Notes: generated from the sequence alone by a model not told the origin. A stretch of DNA of 64,000 bases from Bryobacterales bacterium (GCA_003170295.1 PNAJ01000148.1:3946-67945), one strand, 5' to 3'; shown: positions 29,291 to 38,822, numbered from the stretch's first letter. Numbers and translations are program-made.

Positions 29291-30307
29291 TTACGAGTAC
29301 CCGTCACTTTCCGAACGCACCTTACCCGCGAAGTGGCGATATACGTAGAAAAAATATCCGGCCGCGAGCACGATCCCGGGAATAAACCATCGTAAACCGA
29401 TCGAGAGTCCGTAGGGAGCCGCTGCCGCATTGTAGATCGTGAGCCCGAATTGCGGATCGCCGTTAGAGGGAAGCACGTAGGGATAGACACCTAACACGGC
29501 ACCGGCGAGCATCGAGACGATGAATCCGCACGACGCCAGAAACCGTGTCCGGTCGTGCTTCGCTCCCCATCCTGAGACAGCCAGCGCGACTGCCGCCAAG
29601 GGAAGCAACCATGCGCCGCGCACCGCACGCGGTTGCACCACAGCGCTGAGCGCGAGAACCAGGATCGTCATTGGGACGACAAGCCATCGCAGCCGGTTCG
29701 CCAAGCTCCGGGCCCGGGCCTGCACGTCGCCTTGGGTTTTGTATGCGACCCACAGTGCGCCATGCAACATGAGCGTGACGAAGGCCGCGACTCCGATGGG
29801 AACTGTGTACCAATCAAGAATCCCCGCGTCGTGCTGCGGCGTGAAGTTGGTCCACAAGGGCAGGAAAAAGTAGCCTTCAGCGTTCAAAGGCACGCCGCGA
29901 ATCACGTTGCCGAGCGCCGCTCCGAAAAAAATCGCTAGCAGCGAGCTGGAGAACGCAAATACCGCGTCCGCGAGCTGTTTCCAGAGGTCATGTTCGACGT
30001 GACTGCGCATTTCGATTGAGATGCCGCGAAGGATCAACAACCACAGAACCATCATCAGAGGCAGGTAGAATCCGCTGAAGCTGGACGCATAGAGAAGGGG
30101 GAACGCGAAATAGAGAGTCCCTCCGGCGGCGAGCAGCCATACTTCGTTTCCATCCCAGAACGGACCAATTGACTTGAGTACAGTCTTCCGGTCAGCATCG
30201 TTTCGCGCGACCAACAAATAGACCATGCCGACGCCAAGATCGAAACCGTCGAGAACCACGTAGGCGGTGATCATCAACACGATGAGCCAGAACCACAGTG
30301 TTTCCAT
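29291..30307 (-). CDS. cydB: Cytochrome bd ubiquinol oxidase subunit II
   Basis: METLWFWLIVLMITAYVVLDGFDLGVG N-terminus typical of CydB. Abuts cydA with no gap. Confidence 0.9.
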   Translation of the reverse strand: METLWFWLIVLMITAYVVLDGFDLGVGMVYLLVARNDADRKTVLKSIGPFWDGNEVWLLAAGGTLYFAFPLLYASSFSGFYLPLMMVLWLLILRGISIEMRSHVEHDLWKQLADAVFAFSSSLLAIFFGAALGNVIRGVPLNAEGYFFLPLWTNFTPQHDAGILDWYTVPIGVAAFVTLMLHGALWVAYKTQGDVQARARSLANRLRWLVVPMTILVLALSAVVQPRAVRGAWLLPLAAVALAVSGWGAKHDRTRFLASCGFIVSMLAGAVLGVYPYVLPSNGDPQFGLTIYNAAAAPYGLSIGLRWFIPGIVLAAGYFFYVYRHFAGKVRSESDGYS

Positions 30308-31636
30308 TTAAGCCTCCTCCCCCTCGGGTCCATGTTCGATTTCGCGCGTGACTAAGAACAGGAAAAGTACGCCGAGCACCATGTAAAGGCCCATAAAGCC
30401 GATCAGCGTAAACAATCCGTTGCCAGCGGAAACTTGGAGCGACGAGCCTTGCGCGGTTCGCATGATTCCATAGATCAACCAGGGCTGGCGGCCAATTTCC
30501 GCCGTCATCCATCCGGCGGTTGTGGCGATGTAGGGGAACGGCAGGGCGAGCATCAGCATCCACAAAACCGGACGCGCCGTGAACAATCGTCCGCCGCGCA
30601 GCAGCAGCAGCGAAATGCCCATCAACGCGAGCATCATCATGCCTAAACCGACCATAATGTGATAGGAAAAGTACAGTAACGGCACGTTATCGGGCCATAA
30701 ATCGCGTGGAAAATCGCGCAAACCCTTCACCTCCGCGCCCCACCTCTTATACGTGAGAAAACTCAGGGCTTTGGGAATCAGGATTGGATTATCGAGCTTC
30801 ATTTTTTCCATGTCGGGCTGTCCGATAATTGCCAGCGGAGCGCCCTGTTTGGTATCGAAAAGGCCTTCCATCGCGGCCAGCGTTACAGGCTGACTCTGCA
30901 GCACCATTTTCCCTTGTTGATCTCCGGTGGGAAAGATGAGCAGTGCTACCGCGATCGCTCCGGCAATCACGCCCGCGCGCACAAACGTCCGCCCGTAACC
31001 GGCATGTTTGTTCGTGAGCAAATAGTATGCGCCAATCGAAGCCATGACGAAACTACCCGTCACCACGGCTGCGATCATGTTGTGCAGATACTGCCACTGG
31101 CCCCAGGGATTGAGAAGGAATGCCCAGATGTCCGTGAGTATAATCTCGCCTTTCGGGCCCAACGAATAACCGGTGGGGTGCTGCATCCAGGCGTCGGTCA
31201 TAATGATGAAGAATCCGGATAGCCAGGATCCAAGAAAGACCAGAAACGCGGAACACCAGTGGGCGAGCGGGCTCAAGCGTTTTTCTCCGAAGATAAACAG
31301 GCCGAGAAAGCTCGATTCCAGGAAGAAGGAGAACACGCCTTCCATGGCGAGCGTCTGTCCGATGACTCCTCCGGCGGAGCGCGAGAAGCGAGCCCAGTTG
31401 GTGCCGAACTGAAACTCCATCGGAATTCCGGTGACCACGCCGAATGTGAAATTGATGGCGAAGATTTTCGCCCAGAAACGCGCGGCCCGCGCGTAGTGCT
31501 GGTTGCCGGTTCGGAGCGCAAGGGTTTTCAAAACGACGATCAGCAGCGCAAGGCCCATCGTCAATTGAGGAAATAAGTAGTGAAATGTGATGGTGAACGC
31601 GAAATGGAGGCGATGAACTGCGAGAGCCGAGTCCAT
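30308..31636 (-). CDS. cydA: Cytochrome bd ubiquinol oxidase subunit I
   Basis: LHRLHFAFTITFHYLFPQLTMGL, GWMTAEIGRQPW and a Q-loop region. Confidence 0.92.
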   Translation of the reverse strand: MDSALAVHRLHFAFTITFHYLFPQLTMGLALLIVVLKTLALRTGNQHYARAARFWAKIFAINFTFGVVTGIPMEFQFGTNWARFSRSAGGVIGQTLAMEGVFSFFLESSFLGLFIFGEKRLSPLAHWCSAFLVFLGSWLSGFFIIMTDAWMQHPTGYSLGPKGEIILTDIWAFLLNPWGQWQYLHNMIAAVVTGSFVMASIGAYYLLTNKHAGYGRTFVRAGVIAGAIAVALLIFPTGDQQGKMVLQSQPVTLAAMEGLFDTKQGAPLAIIGQPDMEKMKLDNPILIPKALSFLTYKRWGAEVKGLRDFPRDLWPDNVPLLYFSYHIMVGLGMMMLALMGISLLLLRGGRLFTARPVLWMLMLALPFPYIATTAGWMTAEIGRQPWLIYGIMRTAQGSSLQVSAGNGLFTLIGFMGLYMVLGVLFLFLVTREIEHGPEGEEA

Positions 31637-32057
31637 GCTCGCACTGTATCAAAACACACTTCTCCCTGCAGAGATGTCAATCAATTCTCAGACCGGGCGG
31701 CTTATACAAGGCTTCCCCTCGCAAAGCCGATCCCGGCCCTAATATTAGCCGGAGTGCCTCGCCCGTTAAGGCCAGGCTTGTTCCGGTTCCCCAATGATCC
31801 ATCGAGAATCACCAGGGTGGGTACCCAAATCCGTGTTTTTACTCTCACGGCTTAGTCCACCGATGAGACGGCGGTTCTCCCCAATGCTCCTGCGAGTACG
31901 CCTAGGGCCTCGAGGACTTAGTGCGTGTCGCGACCGGGCGTCCATTGGGAAACCCCGGCTTCTTGACTGTATGTTAAAGGAGTTTGCGGAGAATTGGGCC
32001 GAGTGAATACGGGAAATTTAGGAATCGGCGGGAGATTGAGTTTCTGCTGGACGGAGA

Positions 32058-32100
32058 AGCCGCCTCGAAAGGCGGCTGCCGCCAAAATTGGCCGCCCCAC
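32058..32100 (-). repeat. REP family 3 unit
   Basis: AGCCGCCTCGAAAGGCGGCTGCCGCCAAAATTGGCCGCCCCAC is the reverse complement of the units flanking the RAYT gene at 59546 and 60243. Confidence 0.85.
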
Positions 32101-32120
32101 ACGGCAGGCGGGCGAAATAG

Positions 32121-32438
32121 TTACTCGAAAACGAGCTTCGTGGTCGTCCCGGCGATAGTGATGTCTTTGATCTGGTGGTTGTCGCCGTCCTTGTAGCCGA
32201 TGGTGGTGTACAGGTATTTGGAGTTTGACGTCTCCACCTTCACGGTGGCTTCGACGCTGGTTTTCCCCTGTTTTACGATGGCTTTGTTGTCTTTGATCTC
32301 GAGCTTCGCCTCGCCGACTTTCAACGTCGTACCGTTCACGACGGTGGGTTGGTAGAAATTCAGGTTGAAGTTGCTGGCGGCGCTGGCCACGGCCAACACC
32401 ATCACGGAAACGAGCAATAACGTGCCCTTAATCATCAT
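32121..32438 (-). CDS. Small secreted hypothetical protein
   Basis: Signal peptide MMIKGTLLLVSVMVLAVASA. Beta-rich 80-aa body. Confidence 0.55.
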   Translation of the reverse strand: MMIKGTLLLVSVMVLAVASAASNFNLNFYQPTVVNGTTLKVGEAKLEIKDNKAIVKQGKTSVEATVKVETSNSKYLYTTIGYKDGDNHQIKDITIAGTTTKLVFE

Positions 32439-32650
32439 AATCTCCTTATCGTACCAAATTCAGTTAACGGCGTTCTCTATTTTAACGATGTGGATGAGGC
32501 AAAAGTTCAATCGGATGCAACAAAATGAACAGGGAGGCTAAGAATCTTCAAGGAAGGATGCGGACGGGGCAAAAAATCAAACCGCGCCCGAACCATCTTC
32601 CTCAGAAGAGGCCCCGGGCGCGGTTCGTTAAAACTGAACGAAAACCAAAA

Positions 32651-32803
32651 TTAGCTGGTCTTGGTGGTCTTGGTCTTGGTGGTCTTGGTCTTTCCGGTCT
32701 TCTTCGACTTGGTGGTGTCGGTCGTCTTCTCCTGCGCGAAAGCATAGCTGGCGGCGCCGAGGACGAGCGAAAGGCCGAGCATCGTGGTCATGATCTTTTT
32801 CAT
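32651..32803 (-). CDS. Small secreted Lys/Thr-rich peptide (50 aa, below the ORF-track cutoff)
   Basis: AAGGAGAAA lies 7 nt before the ATG. Translation is MKKIMTTMLGLSLVLGAASYAFAQEKTTDTTKSKKTGKTKTTKTKTTKTS. The coding repeats are GGTCTTGGT-type. Confidence 0.45.
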   Translation of the reverse strand: MKKIMTTMLGLSLVLGAASYAFAQEKTTDTTKSKKTGKTKTTKTKTTKTS

Positions 32804-33015
32804 AGGTGTGTTTCTCCTTGATTATGTCGACGACTCAAGGCCGTCTTGCAGAACTATCATTGCAATTGGACATGAAACCACCCTTAAAGGGCGATTAAAA
32901 TGGCTTCATTGGCGATGAGTGACAGGTCCGGTATCGTCGTCAACTTGTTTACTTGCAATAAAATAGATTGTTGCGGACTGCTCGAAATTAGAATGCTTTT
33001 CTATGCTGAAGCAGA

Positions 33016-33186
33016 ATGAAGCGTGAAGAATTGGCTAAAAGGCTCGCCCAGAAGACTGGAGTGTCGGACTCAGCCGCTCGGGACGAAGTGGATGAACTGG
33101 TGCATAACATCCTTTACAGGCTGCGGCGGGGGCAGGCGGTGAAGCTGCCTGGAGTGGGCAAACTGGTCCCGAAGCTGCACCGATGA
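33016..33186 (+). CDS. HU/IHF-like N-terminal-domain protein (56 aa, unannotated in ORF track)
   Basis: MKREELAKRLAQKTGVSDSAARDEVDELVHNILYRLRRGQAVKLPGVGKL resembles HU helices 1-2 plus the first strand. ATGA overlap with the next gene. Confidence 0.5.
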   Translation: MKREELAKRLAQKTGVSDSAARDEVDELVHNILYRLRRGQAVKLPGVGKLVPKLHR

Positions 33187-33752
33187 GCCTGGCGCGGGGG
33201 CTGATCTTTGAGATTGTTCGAAAATCGCTCGATGCGGGGCAGGCGGTCGAGATCGAAGGGCTCGGGCGGTTTCGCGCGTCGGCGCAGGGTTACCGGTTCG
33301 ATCCGGAGACGCAGCCTACCGTTTTTGTGGCGTATGCGGTGGAGGACCTGGCGATCGCGCGGCGGCTCGCTGACGCGCTGCGCGCCGCTGGCTGTTCGCC
33401 TTGGCTCGACAAGGACCGTCTGATGCCGGGGCAGAACTGGACGGAATCGTTCAATCGGGCGATTGCGGACGCAGATGCGTTCGTGGCGTGCTTTTCACAG
33501 CGATCGGTCTCAAAGAGAGGCGAGTTCCAAAGCGAATTGCGCCAGGCGATGGAGTGCGCGGAGCGGAGACCACTCGACGATGTGTTCCTGCTGCCGGTCA
33601 GACTGGAGCGATGCGTGGTGCCTTCGCAGATCGCGGACCGGGTGCAGTACGTCGATTTGTTCCCGGATTGGGAGCGCGGGGTGAAGCGACTGGTGCGGTC
33701 GATACGCCGCGCGGCACGGCGCCGGATTTGCACCCAATTCAGTCCAGCTTGA
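33183..33752 (+). CDS. HU-like N-terminal segment fused to a TIR domain
   Basis: IVRKSLDAGQAVEIEGLGRF is followed by the TIR blocks VFVAYAVED, PWLDKD..PGQNW and AFVACFSQRSVSKRGEFQSEL, which include the conserved Glu position. Confidence 0.75.
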   Translation: MSLARGLIFEIVRKSLDAGQAVEIEGLGRFRASAQGYRFDPETQPTVFVAYAVEDLAIARRLADALRAAGCSPWLDKDRLMPGQNWTESFNRAIADADAFVACFSQRSVSKRGEFQSELRQAMECAERRPLDDVFLLPVRLERCVVPSQIADRVQYVDLFPDWERGVKRLVRSIRRAARRRICTQFSPA

Positions 33753-35970
33753 GTATCTGGAAGACATTGCTGTAATCGTCGGTCCAGGCGCGGAAGTTCT
33801 TTTTCGTCTTGGCTGGCTGGATGTCGGCTTTGCTGAAAGCGCTGTCTTCGAAAATGGCGGTATCGGACGTCAGCAGCACCCAGGTGGAGGCGGAAAGATA
33901 GGGAGCTTCATCGCCATCGTCAGCAACGGTCATGGCTTGTTTCGAGAAAAACGCGGAGCCGCCCGCGCAGACGGGCTCAAGATCGAGATATCGATTGGAG
34001 ATGTGCAGCGCTAGAATGCCGTTCGGTTTTAGATGCCGGAAATAGACGGCGAACGCCTCGCGCGTGAGCAGGTGGACGGGAATGGCATCACTTGAGAAGG
34101 CATCGACGGCGAGAAGGTCGAGTTGCAGACTGTCCATCCGCTCCATAGTGAGACGCGCGTCGCCCATGAGAATGCGTTTGTCGGCGGGCGAATGTGGATA
34201 GAACGTGAATTCGGTCTGGGCGAGTTTCTCGACTAGCGGATTGATTTCGAAGACGCGATAAAAATCGCCGACGCGGCCGTAGTTGGATAGAACTCCCGCG
34301 CCGAGTCCGATGACGCCGACGCGCACTGGTCCGCGCTTCTGAACCGCGCGAATCGCCCGGCCGACGCCGGAGTCTTCGCCGTAATACGACGTGGTCTTGT
34401 ACCGTAACGGCTCGTCGAGGATCTGAGAACCGTGGTTGATGGTGCCATGGAGCAGGGTTCGCTCACTGTACTCATCGTCGCTTTTCGACTCATCGTCCTT
34501 GACGTGGAGCACGCCGTAGAAATTGCGCGCCGCTAAGCGATATCCTTTCTCGTTATCGCGTTCTTTTCGAGCGAGGAAGCCCAGGAGCAGGCCGACGCCG
34601 AGCAGCAAGGCCACACGCATCGCCGATCGCCCAATCTTGTGCCCGGTGCCGAATAACATTACCAGCGCGCCTAGGACGGAGCACACTGCAACCGCCAAGG
34701 CTTGCTGGTAAGGCGCGGAACCGATCTTCACGGGCAAAACGAACGCGGCGATCACGCCGCCCAAAGAGACCACCATAAACAGGTACGCGAGAAATCGCGG
34801 AGGGCGCTTGAAGAAACCATCCCACATCACCAGCGCGCCGAGCATCGTGCACGCGGCGATCGCCAGGGGAAGCTCGAGATTTGACGGGAACACTCGGGGA
34901 GCGATCAAGGCGACGAAGATACCACCTAGTGCGCCTCCGAGCGAGACCATCAAGTAGAACAGCGTCAGATATTGCGGCGCGGGGCGGCGGCGGGCCAGTT
35001 CGCCGTGACATAGCATGCAACACAAAAAAAGGCCGCCGGAGAACACAGGAATAAGAATCTTGATGTGGATGTTGCCGGAGTCCTCATACAGGTCGCGGGA
35101 CATGTAGTAGAAGATGGGCACCAGCAGAACGAACATCACGCCGCGGTGATAAATCTTGTCGCTCTCAAAGGCCAGCATGAACGTGGCGAGATAGAGGGCC
35201 AGGGGCAGCACCCAAAGAAGGGGAATCGGGGCCACGTTTTGGCTCAGGTGCGTGGTGATGGAGACCAACAGAACGGATGCGACGGCCGCGAGGCTGACCC
35301 AGAGAGCTAGATCCTGGAGGCGCGGGCGGAGGGCGGGCGGCCTGTCCCCTCCCTCACGGTCAGGGTTCGGTACAAGCGCTTCCTGCGGTCGCGGCTCGGT
35401 ACTCCGCCAGGCGGCCAGAGTACAAACGAGCGCGAAGGCTACGTATCCGACACTCCATGAGTAGGCTTGATAGCGCGAGGTTAATCGAGGCTCGACCAGA
35501 AACGGGAAGCTGACCAGGGCCAGCATCGATCCAAAATTCGACAGCGCGAACAGGCGATAGGGCATGCCGTTTCCGGAGCGCCGCACATACCAGGCTTGCA
35601 ATAAAGGACTGGTAGAGGAAAGCAGGAAATAGGGCAGGCCGATGGTCGCGGTCAGGAGCAGCAGAATACGCAGCGTGGGGTCGCCTGATTCAGACGGCTT
35701 CCAGGTCTCCGAAGGCAAGATGGGAAGCAGGGCACAACTGGCCAGCAGCAGAGCGACGTGCGTCACCATCTGCTGCTTGGATTTCAGGAACCGGATGGAG
35801 CAGTGCGCGTAGGCGTATCCGGCGAGCAGCACGAGCTGAAAAAACAGCATCGCGGCGCTCCAGACGGTGGCCGATCCTCCGAACCAGGGCAGAATGATCT
35901 TGGCGATCAGCGGTTGCACCTGAAAAAGCAGGAAGGCGCTTAGGAAGATGGTGACGGCGTAGATGAGCAT
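33739..35970 (-). CDS. Fused polytopic membrane domain / spermidine-synthase-like methyltransferase-fold protein
   Basis: About 480 aa of TM helices. The C-terminal VIGLGAGV...FEINP...DAFSSDAIPVHLLT.EAF block is typical of SpeE-like folds. Confidence 0.85.
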   Translation of the reverse strand: MLIYAVTIFLSAFLLFQVQPLIAKIILPWFGGSATVWSAAMLFFQLVLLAGYAYAHCSIRFLKSKQQMVTHVALLLASCALLPILPSETWKPSESGDPTLRILLLLTATIGLPYFLLSSTSPLLQAWYVRRSGNGMPYRLFALSNFGSMLALVSFPFLVEPRLTSRYQAYSWSVGYVAFALVCTLAAWRSTEPRPQEALVPNPDREGGDRPPALRPRLQDLALWVSLAAVASVLLVSITTHLSQNVAPIPLLWVLPLALYLATFMLAFESDKIYHRGVMFVLLVPIFYYMSRDLYEDSGNIHIKILIPVFSGGLFLCCMLCHGELARRRPAPQYLTLFYLMVSLGGALGGIFVALIAPRVFPSNLELPLAIAACTMLGALVMWDGFFKRPPRFLAYLFMVVSLGGVIAAFVLPVKIGSAPYQQALAVAVCSVLGALVMLFGTGHKIGRSAMRVALLLGVGLLLGFLARKERDNEKGYRLAARNFYGVLHVKDDESKSDDEYSERTLLHGTINHGSQILDEPLRYKTTSYYGEDSGVGRAIRAVQKRGPVRVGVIGLGAGVLSNYGRVGDFYRVFEINPLVEKLAQTEFTFYPHSPADKRILMGDARLTMERMDSLQLDLLAVDAFSSDAIPVHLLTREAFAVYFRHLKPNGILALHISNRYLDLEPVCAGGSAFFSKQAMTVADDGDEAPYLSASTWVLLTSDTAIFEDSAFSKADIQPAKTKKNFRAWTDDYSNVFQILKLD

Positions 35971-37979
35971 TTATTGGAGGATCTGAACGATATTACTGTA
36001 ATCGTCGGTCCAGCCGCGGAAACCCGGCTTACGTTGCAGTTTGCTGACGGCGAAATGGTCCTGAAAATTCGCGTGTTCAAAAAGTGCGGGAGCGCGGGAG
36101 ATTAAGATCCATGTCGACGGCGAATAGTAATTCTCGTCCTCGCCGGCGTCATCGATCACGATTCCACTAAAACCGTTTGCTGCTGCCGCGTCGGCGACCA
36201 CCGGCGCCAGATCCAGATAGCGATTGGTAATGTTGATGGCGAGAACCCCATTCGGGTTCAGATGGCGGAGGTACGTCCGGTAGGCCTCCGCTGCGAGAAG
36301 ATGGACTGGGACGGCATCGCTCGAAAAGGCGTCCATGGCGAGAAGATCCAGATGCTCGGCGGGCATGCTCTCAAGCACCAGCCGGCCGTCGCCCAGGAAG
36401 AGGCGCTTTTCGGCGGGACAAGCGTTCCAGAATCCGAACTCGGATTGTGCGATTGCCACGACCAGTGGATTGATCTCGTAGTAATGCAAGGTGTCGCCCG
36501 CGCGAGCCAGAGTCGCGGTGACGCCCGCTCCCAGGCCGAGGACGCCGATACGAAGGGGGCCGCGCTCGCCCAGCGCGCGAAGGGCTCGGTTGATACCGGA
36601 GCCGCTGCCGAAATACGACGTCGGGATGCGATCGCCGCCAGGGCGCAGCAATTGAGTACCGTGATTGATAGTGCCGTGAATCAGCACGCGCTGCGCCGGC
36701 GAGTGCTTGCCTGGTGCGTCATCCCGTACTCGCAGCACTCCGTAGAAATTGCGCGCGGAGAGGGTATATTCGCGGGACTCCCGAACATGGTTCTGAATCA
36801 GGTAACCCGCGAAGGCGAGGATTGCTAGCGCGGTCGCGACATGGAAGAGCCGCCTGAAAGGGCGGCTGCCGCCAATATTGGCGGCCCCACAAGACACCAG
36901 CGCGGCGCACAGCACCATTCCCGCGGGCAGCTCGATATATGAGTTGAACAAACGCGGAGCAGCCAGTGCGACGAACGTTCCACCTAGCGCGCCGCCGAGC
37001 GAGACCATCAAATAAAACTGCGTCAGATATCGAGGATGGGGCCTCCGGCGCGCAAGCTCACCGTGGCAGACCATGCAACATACGAAGAGCGCTGCGCAGA
37101 GTGCGGGAATGAGTCTTGTAACATAGGCATCGCTCTGATACGTCGCGATAAAACCAGGAGCGGCAGAAAAATGGCGCGGTTATAGAACCGATCGCTCTCG
37201 AAACAGAGAATAAAGCTGAGCAGATAGAGACTCAGAGGCGCCACCCAGAGCAGCGGAATCGGGGCGACATTCTGAGTCAGATGACTGGTGACCGCGAGCA
37301 ACAGAATAGAAGCGCAGGCGGAGAGGCCGATCCACAACATGCGCTGGGAGAGTCCCGGAGGCGATGCGGGGCCGGCGGTGGAAGGCTCCGTAGGCTGAGC
37401 GCCCACTCGGCTGCGCCACGCCACGATCAAGCACACGACTGCAAATCCGCCGTATGCAACGGACCAAATGAGGGCTTGCCTTGAGAGGGCCAGGCGCGGT
37501 TCGATCACGAACGGATAACTCAAGAGCGCGAGCATCGATCCAAAGTTTGAGAGCGCGAAGAGACGATAGGGAATCGCGCCTTCGTGCGCTCGAAGATACC
37601 AGGCTTGCAGCAGAGGACTGGTGGCCGAAAGGAGCGCGTAGGGCAATCCGACGGTTGCGCCGAGCAGAAGAAGAATGCGCAGTGTGGGATCGCCCGCGCC
37701 CGATGGTTTCCACGCGGCGGAGGGAATAATCGGCAGTGTGGCGAGGCTCGCGATCAGCAGCGAGCCATGCGTCCAAAATTGCTGGGCCGGCTTCAAATAG
37801 TGGATGATGCAATGCGCGTAAAGATAACCTGCAAGCAAGAGCAGTTGAAAGAAGAGAAGCGCCGCGCTCCACACCGCCGCGGATCCACCGAACCAGGGGA
37901 GAATGAATTTTGCTATGAGTGGCTGGACTTGGAAAAGCAGAAATGCGCTGAGAAAAATAGTCGCGGCGTAAAGCGGCAT
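35971..37979 (-). pseudogene. Tandem paralogue of the fused membrane/spermidine-synthase-like gene, split by a 1-nt frameshift
   Basis: Two ORFs (37979-37023 and 37074-35971) align colinearly with the neighbour. The frames switch at a T4 run (plus-strand A4, 37150-37153). One extra T would restore ..LLVFIATYQSDAYVTRLIP.. Confidence 0.7.
36848..36890 (-). repeat. REP family 3 unit embedded in-frame inside the paralogue coding sequence
   Basis: AGCCGCCTGAAAGGGCGGCTGCCGCCAATATTGGCGGCCCCAC is translated as ..CGAANIGGSRPFRRLF.. Confidence 0.85.
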
Positions 37980-38009
37980 TGACCGCTTAGGATAGCGCAG
38001 TCCCTTCGG

Positions 38010-38780
38010 TTACAGCTCTCGCATGATTTCCTCGAGGATCGGACGCACCAGGTGAATATCGCCCGCGTCCGTCTTCAGACGCAGTGTTCGACGCGAATGC
38101 CCGACGCGTCCGGACGCCAGCATTCCGCGGCCAGAATTGCATCGCACGGAAAGCGGAAATTCCGAGCTTACGCGACCTTTCACGCTCTCGGCATGCACCT
38201 CCGCACCCGTTCTCGCGCTGAGGTCGACGCGAACGTCGCCCAGCACACTGTGCGCTTCCACATCCTGCTCCAGCATATGCGCGGAAACATCGCCGTCCAC
38301 TGTGCGGCCGATGAAACGCAGCTTCTTCGGGAGGCGGACTACGAAATCGACGCGCAAATCCGTGAGGATCACGTCGCCGCCGCCGCCGTTATCCCAGCGA
38401 ACACGCGCCATCGAATCGGAAGTCGAGGCAACGCGAAATCCTCCGCCGTGGCTCGGACGGCAATCGAACGGTCGGCCGGGGTCGGCATCGGGATAGACGG
38501 CGCAGATCGTCACTCCACCTTTATGCTCGACCACCTCGATGGCGACCTGCCCGGGATCGCTGGAGCCTCTTTTGATCGCGATGACCTCAATTTCGTCACC
38601 GAGGGCGGGCTCGGCGCGCACGTTGCCATGAATATTATTGACCTCGACCAGCTGGCCGCCAGGAACCCATCCATGCCAGCGTGTTTCTTCCTGGATCGCT
38701 CCCGGGATCGTCAGGTTCGTGCGGTTCATCGGACTGGCGACGGCAGCCAGTGAAGCGATAGCGAGAATAGCCAGCTTCAT
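38010..38780 (-). CDS. Secreted DUF4097-like (putative adhesin beta-helix) protein
   Basis: The internal Met gives MKLAILAIASLAAVASP. Repeated GDV.V....V.A.SV.G.V-type rungs. Confidence 0.6.
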   Translation of the reverse strand: MKLAILAIASLAAVASPMNRTNLTIPGAIQEETRWHGWVPGGQLVEVNNIHGNVRAEPALGDEIEVIAIKRGSSDPGQVAIEVVEHKGGVTICAVYPDADPGRPFDCRPSHGGGFRVASTSDSMARVRWDNGGGGDVILTDLRVDFVVRLPKKLRFIGRTVDGDVSAHMLEQDVEAHSVLGDVRVDLSARTGAEVHAESVKGRVSSEFPLSVRCNSGRGMLASGRVGHSRRTLRLKTDAGDIHLVRPILEEIMREL

Positions 38781-38822
38781 ATAGTCGAAGAGAGGAGGCA
38801 CGCAAAGGGCCCCTCTATCTCC

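Noticed and set aside
31690-31960. Riboswitch or structured RNA upstream of cydA (a CGCAAAGCC string recalls the c-di-GMP-I core)
   Set aside because: The string is on the wrong strand for cydA and no other core elements are present. No convincing match to any RNA family could be made by eye.
32968-32994. Sigma-70-like promoter TTGTTG-N15-TAGAAT upstream of the HU-like mini-ORF
   Set aside because: The spacer is too short and the -35 element is poor. It is noted only as an AT-rich region, not claimed as a feature.
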